Source: Octopus sinensis (lineage: Eukaryota). From it: a stretch of 64,000 nucleotides of DNA. A program made the translations under genes and the position numbers. The notes beneath the pieces are model-generated. The model worked only from the letters and a program-made list of their open reading frames with translations, was not told the origin of the DNA and did no database searches. Shown here piece after piece: positions 26,233 to 38,967 of the stretch. Every line of letters starts with the position of its first letter. Within the stretch, counting starts at the first letter, position 1. The stretch is taken from contig NC_043009.1 in assembly GCF_006345805.1 (NCBI RefSeq), positions 72,106,001-72,170,000 on the forward strand, read 5' to 3'.

Positions 26233-28290
26233 ATGGTGATTAGGGCGAAAAAGAGAAGAGGACCTGTCAGCATTCCTCGCTGTCTAAATGTCCACAAGGT
26301 ATATGATGTGGTTAGGAAAGAGCTTCAGACTCGCTTGTCCAGCATTGAAACTGCTGCAGCATGGGAAGATTTTCTAGACCAGATTGTTCAATGTGCAGCC
26401 GAAACACTGGGGTATGTTACTGCCAGACACAGAGACTGGTTTGATGAGAATGATGCTGAAATTCAGCGACTATTAGTGGTAAAGCGCCATGCCCACAGTG
26501 TGTTGCTGCACAGAGAACTGTCTACTGTGCAGCGAAGTCTAGCACTTGCCCACTATAACAATGTAAAATCACTACTGCAGCGATCTCTCAGGAAGATGCA
26601 GAACACTTGGTGGGAGTATCTTGCTCATGATGTTCAGGCTGCTGCTGATGCAAATGACAGCATGAAGCTTTAGCATCTTATGAAGCGAGCTTATGAACCT
26701 AAGAGCTCAACATCAGCTCCTTTGCTTTCCAAGGAGTCTTCCACTCTGTTTACTAAATCAACAGAAATCACAGGTCGCTGGATCGAACACTTCTCTGAAC
26801 TCCTAAACCATGAGTCAGTTGTGGATAAAACAGTGATTGATACTATGCAACAAAGACCTATCATTGGTTCCTTAGACTCCTCGCCCTCAATAGATGAAGT
26901 AATGACATCAATAAGTAAATTGAATCTTGGTAGGGCACCTGGAAAGGATGGAATTTGTGCTGAGGTATTGCGATTTGGTGGTAATTACATCACACAGTCC
27001 CTTCATGAACTTATTAGTGCAGTCTGGCGAGATGGTGCAATCCCTAAGGACTGGAAGGATGCAATTATTCTTCCTCTATATAAAGGAAAAGGAGCCAGAA
27101 CAATGTGTGGTAACTACAGAGGTATTGCTCTACTATCAGCTGCTGGCAAGGTTCTGGCAAATATTCTTCTTACCCGTCTGAATGGGTGTCTCGTAAATGA
27201 TGTCCTATCTGAATCTCAATGTGGCTTCCAATTTGGTAGAGGGACAATGGATATGATTTTCACAGCAAGACAGATGTAGGAGAAGTGCTATGAGCAGAAT
27301 ATGGATCTTGTCCAGGTATTCATTGATTTAACTAAGGCCTTTGATACTGTAAATAGGGCCTTTCTATGGAAAATACTTGGCAAACTTGGATGTCCGGATC
27401 ACTTTGTATCTATAATTAAATCATTTCATGATGGGATGGAGGCTTGGGTCAATGTTGGTGGTGCCATGACGGGACCCATTCCTGTAGAGAATGGTGTCAA
27501 GCAGGGTGACATTCTTGCCCCAACTCTCTTTTCTTTGTACTTTGCTGCTGCTTTTATTCATGTTTTTGCTATGGTTAGCTCTCTGGTAATATATGTCAAA
27601 TATCGATCTTCTGGCCACCTCCTTAATCTTCGCCAATTTGCTGCCAATTCAAAGGTTTCCCAGTCTATTATTCGTGATCTCCTTTATGCAGATGACTGTG
27701 ACTTAGTCACTCATACAGTGGATGACATGCAAATACTCATGAATTGCATTTCTGCTTCTTGCAGGGCATTTGGACTCAGCATTAGCCTGGACAAGACTGT
27801 TGTAATGTTCCAGCCTGCACCAGGAAATCCATATATAGAACCAGCTATCTTGGTTGAAGGAACAATTCTGAAAGTAGTAGACAGGTTTGTCTACCTGGGC
27901 AGCATACTCAGCCGTTCTTGCTCCCTGGATGAGGAAATATCTTTCAAGTTGCAGAGAGCAACTAATTCCTTCTGGTCTTTTCAGTCTTGTGTCTGGTCCC
28001 AACATGGCATCGCAAGGAGAACAAAAGTTGCTGTGTACCGTGCATGTGGACTGACATCACTCCTCTACTCATGTGAGACATGGACTCTGTACAAACGTCA
28101 GGTAAGGGTCCTTGAACGCTTTCATCAGAGATGTCTCAGACACATTCTCAATGTTGGCCGGACCTCAAAAATTTCAGACACACAGATCCTGAGGACAGCT
28201 GATATCTTGAGTATTGAGGCGATGGTGTACAAGCACTGGTTATGTTGGACTGGACACCTTATTAGAATGAAGTCCTATCTGGATTCCTAA
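26233..28290 (+). pseudogene. RTE ORF: linker + reverse transcriptase, with stops/frameshifts
   Basis: APGKDGI, NYRGIALLS, SQCGF, FIDLTKAFDTV, GVKQGDILAP, LLYADD, FVYLGS. Confidence 0.92.
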
Positions 28291-29103
28291 GCAGATGCTC
28301 TATGGAGAACTTGTGAATGTGTAACGGGAATGAGTAGCTTTTTGCACTTTTAGGGTGCAACTGGTGCATTCACAATTTCCGTTGCTTTAATTTCTAGATT
28401 CTACCAGTCAAAGAACACAAACGCAAACGTAAAAAATATATATACTTTATTGTCTTATCCACAGAACGAAATAAGGTGGTATATTTGGTTCCACTTAGGT
28501 CTGGATGTGGCAAGGCTGAACTTTAATGCTTGTAAGAATCTTACAAGTTCAGCAGCAAACAGAGCTGGTCAAAATGGCGTCCGGAGAGAGCGAAGAAAAT
28601 ACGGTCTGCAACAATGAAAGGCGTTCTGCTGACTGCTACGGGAATTAGTTGATCACACGTATGAAAATACATGCTTTCCCTTCGGTCGCTGTGCCTCAAG
28701 TCCCTCTGCTCACTGCTGCTATGCGTCTCCCTGTACCCTTTTTAGGGGAACGCCACATCATCATTCCCTCCTTCCGGTCTTCGCGCATGCGCGAGAGGAC
28801 ACTTCCCTTCCACCTCTCCAGAAAGCTCCAAACTCCGCACACGCGAACTGAAGTGGCATTGCGCGCACGCACGCTGTTGGATAGCGTCACTACAAAGGCT
28901 CCCCCACAAGTGCGTACGCACGAAACAAAATTCCTTGTAGTGACTTTAAAACTCAAGGTGGATACCAGATAACCAAAATAGCAGACAATATGACAAAATG
29001 GCAGAATTTACAATATAAACAAGACATGCACCAAAAGGAAAAAGTGAAAAATGCTCAAATGAACAAAGTTCAATAAATATTGTAACTGTCACAATTGAGA
29101 ATG

Positions 29104-29760
29104 TCAAAGGTGCATGTATAAATAGGAATAGCTTGCGGCCAAACGTGAGAAATGATCGATAAAAATTAAAATATATGAGAACCCATTACTCACAGGCCAT
29201 GGTCCAACCAAATCAAGGTGAACATGGCGAAAACGGGCCTCAGGAGAAGAAAACTGTCCAAGTGGAGCACGAACGTGTCCATGGACCCTAGCACTCTGGC
29301 ACTTCAAACAAGAGCGTGCCCAAGAGGCAATCGATCGTCGCATATTGGGCCAAAAGAACTGTGGCAGAGATACCCGGATGTGACAATGAATGAAGAGCAT
29401 CAAAAACAGAACGCTGATGTCTCTCAGGTACTAACGGTCTAGGAGAACCGGTGGATACGTCACAAAGAATAGAGCCTTCTGCTGAAGGGAGCGGAAAGTA
29501 GGCAAACTTACAGTTAATAAACTTGGGCGAAGTTAAATCCAACTCCTCTAAAGGTGGTCGATCCTGCGAAATAGCAGTTAACTCAATTGCTGCAGGAGAG
29601 GAAATAGAATTGACAGATAGATCGCTAGTAACACAAAAGGCAGACAGTACTTCAGCTGAAAGTGTAATGTTAGCAAGGGCGACAGTGTAAGCATGCTGGA
29701 GTGAAGCGCGAGACAGATAATTTTCTCTGTTAATTACGTGACCAACAGGGGTCTAACAGG
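29104..29760 (-). pseudogene. Gypsy integrase remnant (H2C2 zinc finger + start of core)
   Basis: LCDVSTGSPRPLVP..FDALHSLSHPGISAT, FFWPNMRRSIASWARSCLKCQ, FRHVHLDLVGP. Confidence 0.88.
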
Positions 29761-30822
29761 GGGAAATTACGCCTAAACATGGGCGCAGTGCATGTGAACA
29801 TCCGACGTTCTTTGAGTCGGGAAAAGAATTGAGCTGACGCAGACGTGTTGCAAAACAAGGCAGTACACGTGCAGAACAGAGGTGCATGAGTGCAATAGGG
29901 CTTGCTAGGCTGAAATACAGTAATGAATATGCCAGTGATTAATGTAGTAAGGCTGAGGCTGCCAGCCAGTGCTTGAGCGATTATATGCCTCGGTCATGCA
30001 GGAACAAAAGAGTGGCATGCCGGCGCGTTGTAAGGGACAAACAACTTTCTCTATGTATACGTGACCGACCTAGGGTCTACAGAAATGAGTTGTGTCTACA
30101 AGGGCACATGGAGCATGGAAAAACAAGCGAGAAAGGCATGTGTGACGTATGAATGTGAGAGAGATAGCATTTGTGTGTGTATTAACTATGTGTGTACGTG
30201 TGTGCGACAGAAGTACAAACAAGGTGAATGCAGGCAAAATAAAATACAGCACATAGGAAAAGTCTCTCAGGGTATTTCAGACAAGATGGAGTTAATTTAC
30301 CAGTTCGTAATAGCATGATACATAATAGCAGTTCGTTCTGTAACAGGATGTTCGGATCACAAGTGAAGATGCCGGTTGAACACATGTCGTGTAGCGGTTG
30401 TGGCTTCAATGCTGTGTCAGGTTAAATTGGTACAGAAGATCTCGCAGGGAGTGCTGTGCTGTTAATCTTGGTGTGTATACACGAACAGCGTGTAAGCTAA
30501 ACTTCAGTGAGTTGCTATGTACATATCGTTGAGGTCGACGGTGTTGAAGGCGACAGTGATGGACTTGAGACACATTGTTGCTTAGTGTTGCTGGCGACGA
30601 AGATAGCGACGACGTGAAGTTGAAAGACGACGATGGTGATGACAACGGCAGAGAAAAGGCATAGTTGATATGAAGGCGTCCGTGATGTATGTTAGCGTCG
30701 TCATTATCGCTGAAGATAAGAGAAGAAGCAACTGTTGAAGGATAATGACTGCGCAGGTTGATCGTGGTTCAGACTTGGCAGAACTGGATTTTGTTGTTGA
30801 GTGTTCTCTGGTCTATGACCAG

Positions 30823-30841
30823 AATCACATCGGGGTCACCA
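30823..30841 (-). promoter_or_regulatory. Primer binding site for tRNA-Trp
   Basis: + strand aatcacatcggggtcacca equals the eukaryotic tRNA-Trp 3' end AAUCACGUCGGGGUCACCA with one mismatch, 1 nt from the LTR. Confidence 0.85.
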
Positions 30842-31420
30842 CTGTAACGGGAATGAGTAGGTCTTTGCACTTTTAGGGTGCAACTGGTGCATTCACAATT
30901 TCCGTTGCTTTAATTTCTAGATTCTACCAGTCAAAGAACACAAACGCAAACGTAAAAAATATATATACTTTATTGTCTTATCCACAGAACGAAATAAGGT
31001 GGTATATTTGGTTCCACTTAGGTCTGGATGTGGCAAGGCTGAACTTTAACGCTTGTAAGAATCTTACAAATTCAGCAGCAAACAGAGCTGGTCAAAATGG
31101 CGTCCGGAGAGAGCGAAGAAAATATGGTTTGCAACAATGAAAGGCGTTCTGCTGACTGTTACGGGAATTAGTTGATCACACGTATGAAAATACGTGCTTT
31201 CCCTTCGGTCGCTGTGCCTCAAGTCCCTCTGCTCACTGCTGCTATGCGTCTCCCTGTACCCTTTTTAGGGGAACGCCACATCATCATTCCCTCCTTCCGG
31301 TCTTCGCACATGCGCGAGAGGACACTTCCTTTCTGCCTCCCCAGAAAGCTCCAAACCCCGCACACGCGAACTGAAGTGGCGTTGCGCACGCGCGCGCTGT
31401 TGGATAGCGTCACTACAAAG

Positions 31421-31735
31421 GGAAGGAGACTCCGGCAGAAACCAAGGCTGCGATTTAAGGACTGTGTCAAGTCCTCATTAAAGGCCTGTGATATGCAGGA
31501 CACTGACTGGGAGAGCAATACCTGTCATTGCCACAGATGGAGGAAGCAGGTTAAGGAGGGGATCGACACTTTTGAGAGAGCACGTTTCCAGCATGAAGAA
31601 CTTAAGCGAGCTGCGCGAAAGCGCACGGCTCGTATAGTGAATGGGGAAAGCTTGGTCTGCAATGTTTGCAGTCGTGTATGCTTGTCAAGAGCAGGGCTCA
31701 TTAGCTACCAACGGAGCCGCAAATGCAAAATATAA
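31421..31735 (+). pseudogene. RTE ORF C-terminus with terminal C2H2-like motif
   Basis: GRRLRQKPRLRFKDCVKSSLK..WRKQV..CNVCSRVCLSRAGLISY; continues the frame PKQMLYGELVN at 28287-28318. Confidence 0.88.
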
Positions 31736-31803
31736 GTTAGTCCTAGAGCGCACAATGTTCCTGAAGGTCGGCAATGGTCTTCCTCGGTCACGAGTGGACA
31801 GCC

Positions 31804-31921
<118 letters not shown>

Positions 31922-32506
31922 GATTAAGTATAATGATCAATTTAGTGATCAATTTGTAATGATTATGTATAAGGTCCAATTTTAACAGTTTATAAACACC
32001 AGAGATCACCAATCATGACAATCTTGTGTTGCAGATAACTGCACCAAACAAATGACAGAAGACATTAATTGAGTGTTGAGATGGCCATCTATTTATATTG
32101 TTATTATCATTGTTATAATGTGAGTTACAACTCGGTCCATTCCATAAGAAAAGAAGGAAACAGAATTTAGTGAAGTAGAAAGTGTAAGGAGTGTGTTGTG
32201 TGATGAAAGGCCATACTTGAAGTGGAAAAGAGAGAGATGATCTTTGACCTGTGGTCAAGGCACCAAAGAGATGTAGAAGCTATTTGGGTTTGCTTATTTA
32301 TATCCTTCCTAATCAAACTAGGTCAGACTAAACAATTTTCCCTCTGCATCAGTTTTGATCCTTGTATGACTCATAACAGCTAAGAGGTCAATTTACTCTC
32401 ATAAATTTCCCTAGTGCAACAGGTGAAAATTATGGGCTGAGGATTTATAGGAAAATAGGGATTTGATTTCGAATCCTGGCTTAGAAATTGATAGTTAAAT
32501 TCTGTA

Positions 32507-33271
32507 TATATACAAGGAAATGACCAGAGACCGAGACCTTTGGAAGTATGCTGTGCATGAGAAAACCCGGCAAGCCCAGTGAGAACAGTCAAAATCAAAA
32601 TCAAACCAAATCAATTCATATATCAGAAAGCAGAACCAAATTGAGGTCGATCAACATCAGTGGGAATTGCAGCTGTGGTTAAGCGAACCATCCGATCGTG
32701 GTCATTGCCGGCGCCACCCCGTCTAACCTCCGTGTCGGTGGCATGTAAAAGCACCATCCGTTCATGTCCGTTGCCAGCCTCGCCTGGCCCCCATGCAGGT
32801 GACACGTAAAAGCACCATCCGTTCATGGCCGTTTGCCAGCTCTGTCTGGCCCCCGTGTTGGTGGCACGTAAAAGCACCATCCGTTCATGTCTGTTGCCAG
32901 CCTCGCCTGGCCCCCATGCAGGTGACACGTAAAAGCACCATCCGTTCGTGGCCGTTTGCCAGCTCTGTCTGGCCCCCGTGTCGGTGGCACGTAAAAGCAC
33001 CATCCGTTCGTGTCCATTGCCAGCCTCGCCTGGCCCCCGTGCCGGTGACACGTAAAAGCACTATCCGTTCGTGGCCGTTTTCCAGCTCTGTCTGGCACCT
33101 GTGTGGGTGGCACGTAAAAAGCACCCACTACACTCACGGAGTGGTTGACGTTAGGAAGGGCATCCAGCCGTAGAAACACTGCCAGATCTGACTGGGCCTG
33201 ATGAAGCCTTCCAGCTTCACAGACCCCAGTTGAACCGTCCAACCCATGCTAACATGGAAAACGGACGCTAA

Positions 33272-33315
<44 letters not shown>
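32507..33315 (+). mobile_element. 5'-truncated RTE family 2 copy (ORF end + repeat-bearing 3' UTR + (GAT)n tail)
   Basis: KEMTRDRDLWKYAVHEKTRQAQ* followed by about six 60-bp subrepeats and a gatgatgat tail. Confidence 0.85.
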
Positions 33316-33339
33316 ATAAGACAGAGGTGATCCACCAAC

Positions 33340-33960
33340 CTCACCCTATACCTAAGCAAATATGAAGCACTCAGCAAAGGCTGCTGATTCACAATTTTCC
33401 TGACACTCTTGTACAAGTTGGCAGGAAAAGCCTAAAGTATGTGAAGTCATTTACAAATCTTGGTAGAAATGTGAACTTGAGCACTTCCCTTAATGATGAA
33501 ATCTTGCGAAAGCAACCAATGTATTTGGCAAACTCTGTCATCATCTATGGAATGAAAAGGGCATTAGACTTGAAACCAAAGTACAGCTCTATAAAGCTGC
33601 CATTCTTACTAATCTTCTGTACAGCTTGGAATCATGGACACCCGATAGGTAGCACATTAACCAATTAGATGTCTTCTACAAATGCTGCCTCAGGTAAATC
33701 TGCAGTTATTCCCTAAAAAACAGCGTCTAATGTTGACTTGTTTAGTAAGTTTAAGATTGGTGGAATTGAGAGCTTCCTTATGCAGTTGTAATTGCATTGG
33801 GCTGGTCGTGTTGTCAGACCAAGTGACGAGAGAATAGCAATGCACAGCCATCTTGGGCACAGGAGTGTTGTTGCAACCATTGCTCAGATATAAGGACAAG
33901 CTGAGGAGTAACCTCTTAGAAATGAAGATAGCGCACAACACTTTTGAGCAAACAGCCTTC
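33340..33960 (+). mobile_element. Decayed RTE-1-like RT C-terminal fragment
   Basis: Broken frames read FTNLG..LNDEI, FGKLCHHLWNEKGIRLETKVQLYKAAILTNLLYSLESWT, LHWAGRVVR, similar to 27880-28290. Confidence 0.75.
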
Positions 33961-33975
33961 AAGTAAACAATGGAG

Positions 33976-36130
33976 ATCATCATCATCATCATCATCTTTT
34001 AAAGTCCACTTTCCATGCTAGCATGGGTTGGATGATTTGACTGAGGACTGGCGAACCAGATGGCTGCACCAGGCTCCAATCTGATCTGGCAGAGTTTCTA
34101 CAGCTGGATGCCCTTCCTAATGCCAACCACTCCGAGAGTGTAGTGGGTGCTTTTACATGCCACCTGCATGAGGGCAGGTCAGGTGGCACTGGCACTGGCA
34201 ATGGCCACACTCAAATGGTGTTTTTTACATGCCACCTGCACAGGAGCCAGTCCAGCAGCACTGGCAACGACCTCACTCAAATGTTTTTTCATGTGCCACC
34301 AGCACAAGTGCCAGTAAGGAGACGCTGGTAATGAACACGCTTGAATGGTGCTTTTTACGTACCACCAGCACGGAAGCCAGTTAGCTGCTCTGGCAATGAT
34401 CACACTCGGATGGTACTCCTAGCACTCCACTAGCAAGGATGCCAGTCATCGAATTTGATTTTGATTTCAATTTCACTTGCCTCAACAGGTCTTTGCAAGC
34501 AGAGCTTAGTGTCTAATGAAGGAAAGGTACGCATAAGTGGGCTGGTTACACCCCTGGCATAGGCCATGAGGTTATGGTCTCACTTGACTTGCTGAGTCTT
34601 CTCAAGCACAGCATATTTCCAACAGTCTCAGTCACTAGACATTGCCTCAGTGAGGCCTAATGTTCAAAGGCCATGTTTCATCACCTCATCCCAGGTCTTC
34701 CTGGGTCTACCACTTCCACAGGTTCCCTCAACTACTAGGGTGTGGCACTTTTTCACACACAACTATCCTCATGACCATACCAGCTCAGTCATCTCTCTTG
34801 CACACCACATCTAATGCTTCTTAGGTCCAGCTTTTCTCTCAAGGTACTTACACTCTGTCAAATATGCACATTGACATTACGCATCCATCGGAGCATACTG
34901 GCTTCATTCCTAGTGATCTTATGCATGTCCTCAGCAGTCACTGCCCATGTTTCACTGCTATGTAGCATGGCTGTTCATGCATCATACAGTCTACCTTTTA
35001 CTCTGAGCAAGAGGCCCTTTGTTACCAGCAGAGTTAGTAGCTCTCTGAACTTTGCCCAGGCTATTCTTATTTTAGCAGCTACCTTTTTAGCGCACCCTCC
35101 CCTGCTACTGACTTGGTTACCTATGTAACAGAAGCTATCAACTACTTCTAGTTTTTCTCCCTGAAATGTAGCGGAAGTTGTTCTCTGCACATTTTCAGTG
35201 TAATTTATAGCTCCTGAGCATCTGCCACATACAAGAACTATCTTCTCAGTTAGCTTTCCTTTGATATTGCTGCACCTTTTATGTGTCCATAGCTTATACT
35301 GGGTACATCTTATAGAGTTTCTACCTATGCCTCTTCTACGGATTGAGCAGGGCCATCTACCTGAAGGGATTTGTGGTTTGCCTGCCTTCCTACTTATTAG
35401 GACTTTGGTTTTAGCTACATTGACTCTAAGGTTAACACCTGAAACTTCTTCTCTAGTTCTGATAGTGACTCAGCAATTAGAGCAAGGTCGTCAGCATAGA
35501 GGAGCTCCCAGGGACATCCTGTTTTGAATTCCTCTGTTATTGCCTGGAGGACTATGATAAATAGGAAGGGGCTGAGGACTGCTTGGTGAACCCCTATCTC
35601 TACCCAGAATTCTTCACTGTACTCGTTGCCAACTTTCACCTTACTGACAGCATCCCTGTACATGGCTTGCACAGCTCTCACTAACCATTCATCTATCCCT
35701 AGTTTCCTCATTGACCACAAGATAAGGGATTGGGTTACCCTGTCAAAGGCTTTCTCCATGTCAATGAAAACCAGGTACAGAGGTTTATCTTTGGTTAGGT
35801 ATTTCTCCTGCAGCTGTCTTACCAGAAATATTGCATCAGTGGTACTTTTCCCTGGCACGAACCCAAACTGCATCTCATCCAAGCTGACTCTCTCCCTAAT
35901 TAGTTGGGCTATGACCCTCTCCGTGACCTTCATTACCTGATCTAACAACTTGATACCTCTGTAATTATTTGTATCTAAAGCGTCACCTTTTCCTTTGTAG
36001 CAGTTGACTATAGTGCTGCTACACCAGTCATTGGGTTTGACTCCTTCATGTATCACCTGGTTAACTATACGGGTGACTAGGCTAAAGCCGACACTACCAG
36101 ATATTTTGAGCATCTCAGCAGTAATTCACC
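33976..36130 (-). mobile_element. 5'-truncated RTE family 2 LINE (RT + 3' UTR)
   Basis: NYRGIKLLD, QFGFVPGKSTTDAIF, FIDMEKAFDRV, ELLYADDL, GRPRKTWDEV, then 3' UTR subrepeats and (GAT)n tail. Confidence 0.9.
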
Positions 36131-36377
36131 CTGTGTCAGAATGGTATACGATACTTTGTTTCACTCAGCATTAACAGGCTTAAGGGTGCAAAGCAAAGGA
36201 GAAAAGCAGCTGCAAGTATACCACCTGCACTCACCTGTGATTCTCATACTTGCAACATCTGCAGGCTTCTTTGCAAATCTTTAGCAGGACTCAAATGTCA
36301 CATTTAACATAAGCATTTTGACTGACAAAGAAATTGTTGGCTGTTGTATTGTCATATGTTAAAACTGATGTGAGAAT

Positions 36378-36429
<52 letters not shown>

Positions 36430-36431
<2 letters not shown>

Positions 36432-37151
36432 CTGGTGCCATGTAAAAAGCATCAAGTACATTCTGTAAAGTGGTTGGCATTAAAAAGAGCATCTGGCTGC
36501 AGAAACCATGCCAAAACAAATGATGGGATCTGATATTGCTCCCAGTCTTACCAGCTCCTGTCAAACCATCCAACCCATGACACCATGGAAAATGAGCATT
36601 AAATGATGATGATGATGATGATATAATGTGTGTGTGTATGTGTGTGTAAAGTAAACTCAAATGATGTTTAAAATTTATGAAAGCTGTTTTGGTAGAATTT
36701 TTATTTAGCTGTATGTTACTATACTTAGCCATTTCTGATGTTCTACAAGTTGACATGCCTTGTATATACATACATACATACAAATATGTGTGCCAGTGTT
36801 GTGTACGTAGCACCCGTTCTGGTGGCATGCAAAAAGTGCCCTTCGAACTTTGGGCCTCCCAGAGGCGGTGACAAGTGACCTGATCCTTTGGCAATATGCC
36901 ATGCTTGAAAAGCCTTGTCAAACCAAGTGAGATTGTAGTTGTGGCTGATGCCAGTGCTTCGTGCCTGGCATCCACTACACTCATGTGGTAGTTGATGTTA
37001 GGAAGGGCATCCAGCTGTAGAAACCATGCCAAATCAGATTGAAACCTGGTGCAGCTCCCTGGCAAACCAGTCTTCAGTCAAACCCATGCCAGCATGGAAA
37101 ATGGATGTTAAATGATGATGATGATGAGGAGGAGGATAATGATGATGATGA

Positions 37152-37155
<4 letters not shown>
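36430..37155 (+). mobile_element. Two tandem RTE family 2 3'-end copies (36430-36622, about 36800-37155)
   Basis: Each ends in catggaaaat..g..ttaaatgatgatgatg. Confidence 0.75.
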
Positions 37156-37212
<57 letters not shown>

Positions 37213-37597
37213 AAAAAAATAAGAACAGGGATTGAAAGGACCAGAGCACACTGTCAGCTCTCTGCTGTGTGGCTATCAAGAGAAACAGTGGTTGAGACTA
37301 GCGTTTAATCTCGTTGTTCTGACAACCTAGGAATTACAATAATGGAGAATATATATTGATTAACCAAATAATAGAAGCCTCTTTTCTCACTCTTCTTGTT
37401 TGGTAAATTTACATTGTCCAAAGTATAGTTCCATCTTGAACATGTTAAGGGTGAAATTTTCGGACATTTGGCTGCTATTTCTAGGAGGTCGATGTCGAGG
37501 TTTTCTCTCCACGGAAACGATAGGTATAGGTAAAGGGGAGATAACTTGTTTAATCTAAGCGAAGACAACTCTATCATTTGCTGAGCGTCGAGGTATA

Positions 37598-38059
37598 ATG
37601 GCGCACTTCGAGGAGAAAAGTGGCATCGTTCCTGTGAAAACCCCGTGGGGAGCTTGGTGGCAAACTGTAGACGAAGTATTCGTACTGGTCAACGTGCAAC
37701 CAGGTACTTCAGGTCGGGATATAAAGTGTACCATTCAACCACGACACTTGAAACTGGTTGTAAAAGGAGAGACAGTCATCGACGGACAACTGGCAGATGT
37801 GGTCCGCGCCGACGACTGTTTGTGGACTTTGGAAGACAAATGCAAGGTGGACCTATGTTTATTGAAGTCTTTTTGTGGAGCTGAGAAGTGTTGGAAGTCG
37901 TTGCTAGAAGGACAATACCAAGCTGATCCTTATACTTTCGATCAGATGGAGAAAAAATTAACTTTGCAGCGATTCCAGTATGAAAATCCTGGCTTCGACT
38001 TCAGTGGTGCAGCAATGACCGGCAACTACCAAGGAGGTGGACCCAAGTTCAATACGTAA
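37598..38059 (+). CDS. NUDCD2: NudC domain-containing protein 2 (CS/p23-like co-chaperone), single coding exon, 153 aa
   Basis: MAHFEEKSGIVPVKTPWGAWWQTVDEVF..WTLED..CWKSLLEGQYQADP..DQMEKKLTLQRFQYENPGFDFSGA..GNYQGGGPKF aligns end to end with NUDCD2 as I recall it; intact ORF in a CpG-rich setting; AATAAA near 38212 and 38590-38615. Confidence 0.95.
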   Translation: MAHFEEKSGIVPVKTPWGAWWQTVDEVFVLVNVQPGTSGRDIKCTIQPRHLKLVVKGETVIDGQLADVVRADDCLWTLEDKCKVDLCLLKSFCGAEKCWKSLLEGQYQADPYTFDQMEKKLTLQRFQYENPGFDFSGAAMTGNYQGGGPKFNT

Positions 38060-38918
38060 TGTTTCTTTCATTCTCCACTTTCACCAACCTCCCCCCCCTC
38101 TCTCTCTCTCACAATCATATTTTACTTCCTCGTCTCTCCTCAGACCTCCTACACAAACACCATCAATGTGTAAACAGGATCATGTGTTCATTTCTTTATT
38201 TGACAACTTCGTTCCTTCGCAATGTCTTCTTCTTTGAAGATCCGCAACAGAAATAAAATTGTCTTTATTTTTCTAACCTTACAAAGGCCTGGGTACAATT
38301 TAAAAGAAGACCCAGAGAAAAAAATGTTGGCGACACAAAGTCGATCCAAAAACTCAGTCTTCGGTCACACAACAATTATAACAAGAAATGTTTGACTCGA
38401 TCTTGTTTTACCCTCTTCCTCCTGCTACAAATTATTATCATTATTATTATTATCATTATTATTTACTACTACAACACACCAGTAATACTATCACAACCAA
38501 CGGTTTAACATCTCAGGAAAAGGCATAAACGTTACAACTTCCCATTACCGTTTTCCTATTATTATCGACCATGCGACTCTAAACACATCAATAAAACATT
38601 AAAAAGAAATAAAGTTTTTTCATCTTTTATCTACATCTAAAGATCGAAGATCGATGATACCTCAATAAACAGGTTTTGATCCACCTTATGATATTTCTGG
38701 GTCTGCAATGTTGAAAATCATTTCCTTTAATGAATACCTGCGTATGAATACACACACACAAAAGAAAAAGCATCGATCATATTTCTTCCTGGAGGGGCCA
38801 CCTTGTCCCTAGTTTTTACCATTCTGTCTCTCATACTTCCTTAACTTTTAAGCGCAAATATTTTGTCTGTGCCGCATCACATGAAAAACAGGTATCCACT
38901 CAATACAAAGAAATAATG

Positions 38919-38967
<49 letters not shown>

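Larger units (their letters stand above)
28320..31417 (-). mobile_element. Internally deleted Gypsy LTR retrotransposon with 575-bp LTRs (28320-28894, 30843-31417)
   Basis: Direct repeats bounded by TGT..ACA, about 18 substitutions by manual count; flanks aatg/aagg fit a 4-bp TSD with one mismatch; PPT-like gggggag on the minus strand next to 28894. Confidence 0.93.

Noticed and set aside
37305-37577. Possible divergent gene head-to-head with NUDCD2
   Set aside because: The peptide is unrecognisable and part of it is the dispersed gctgctatttctag repeat.
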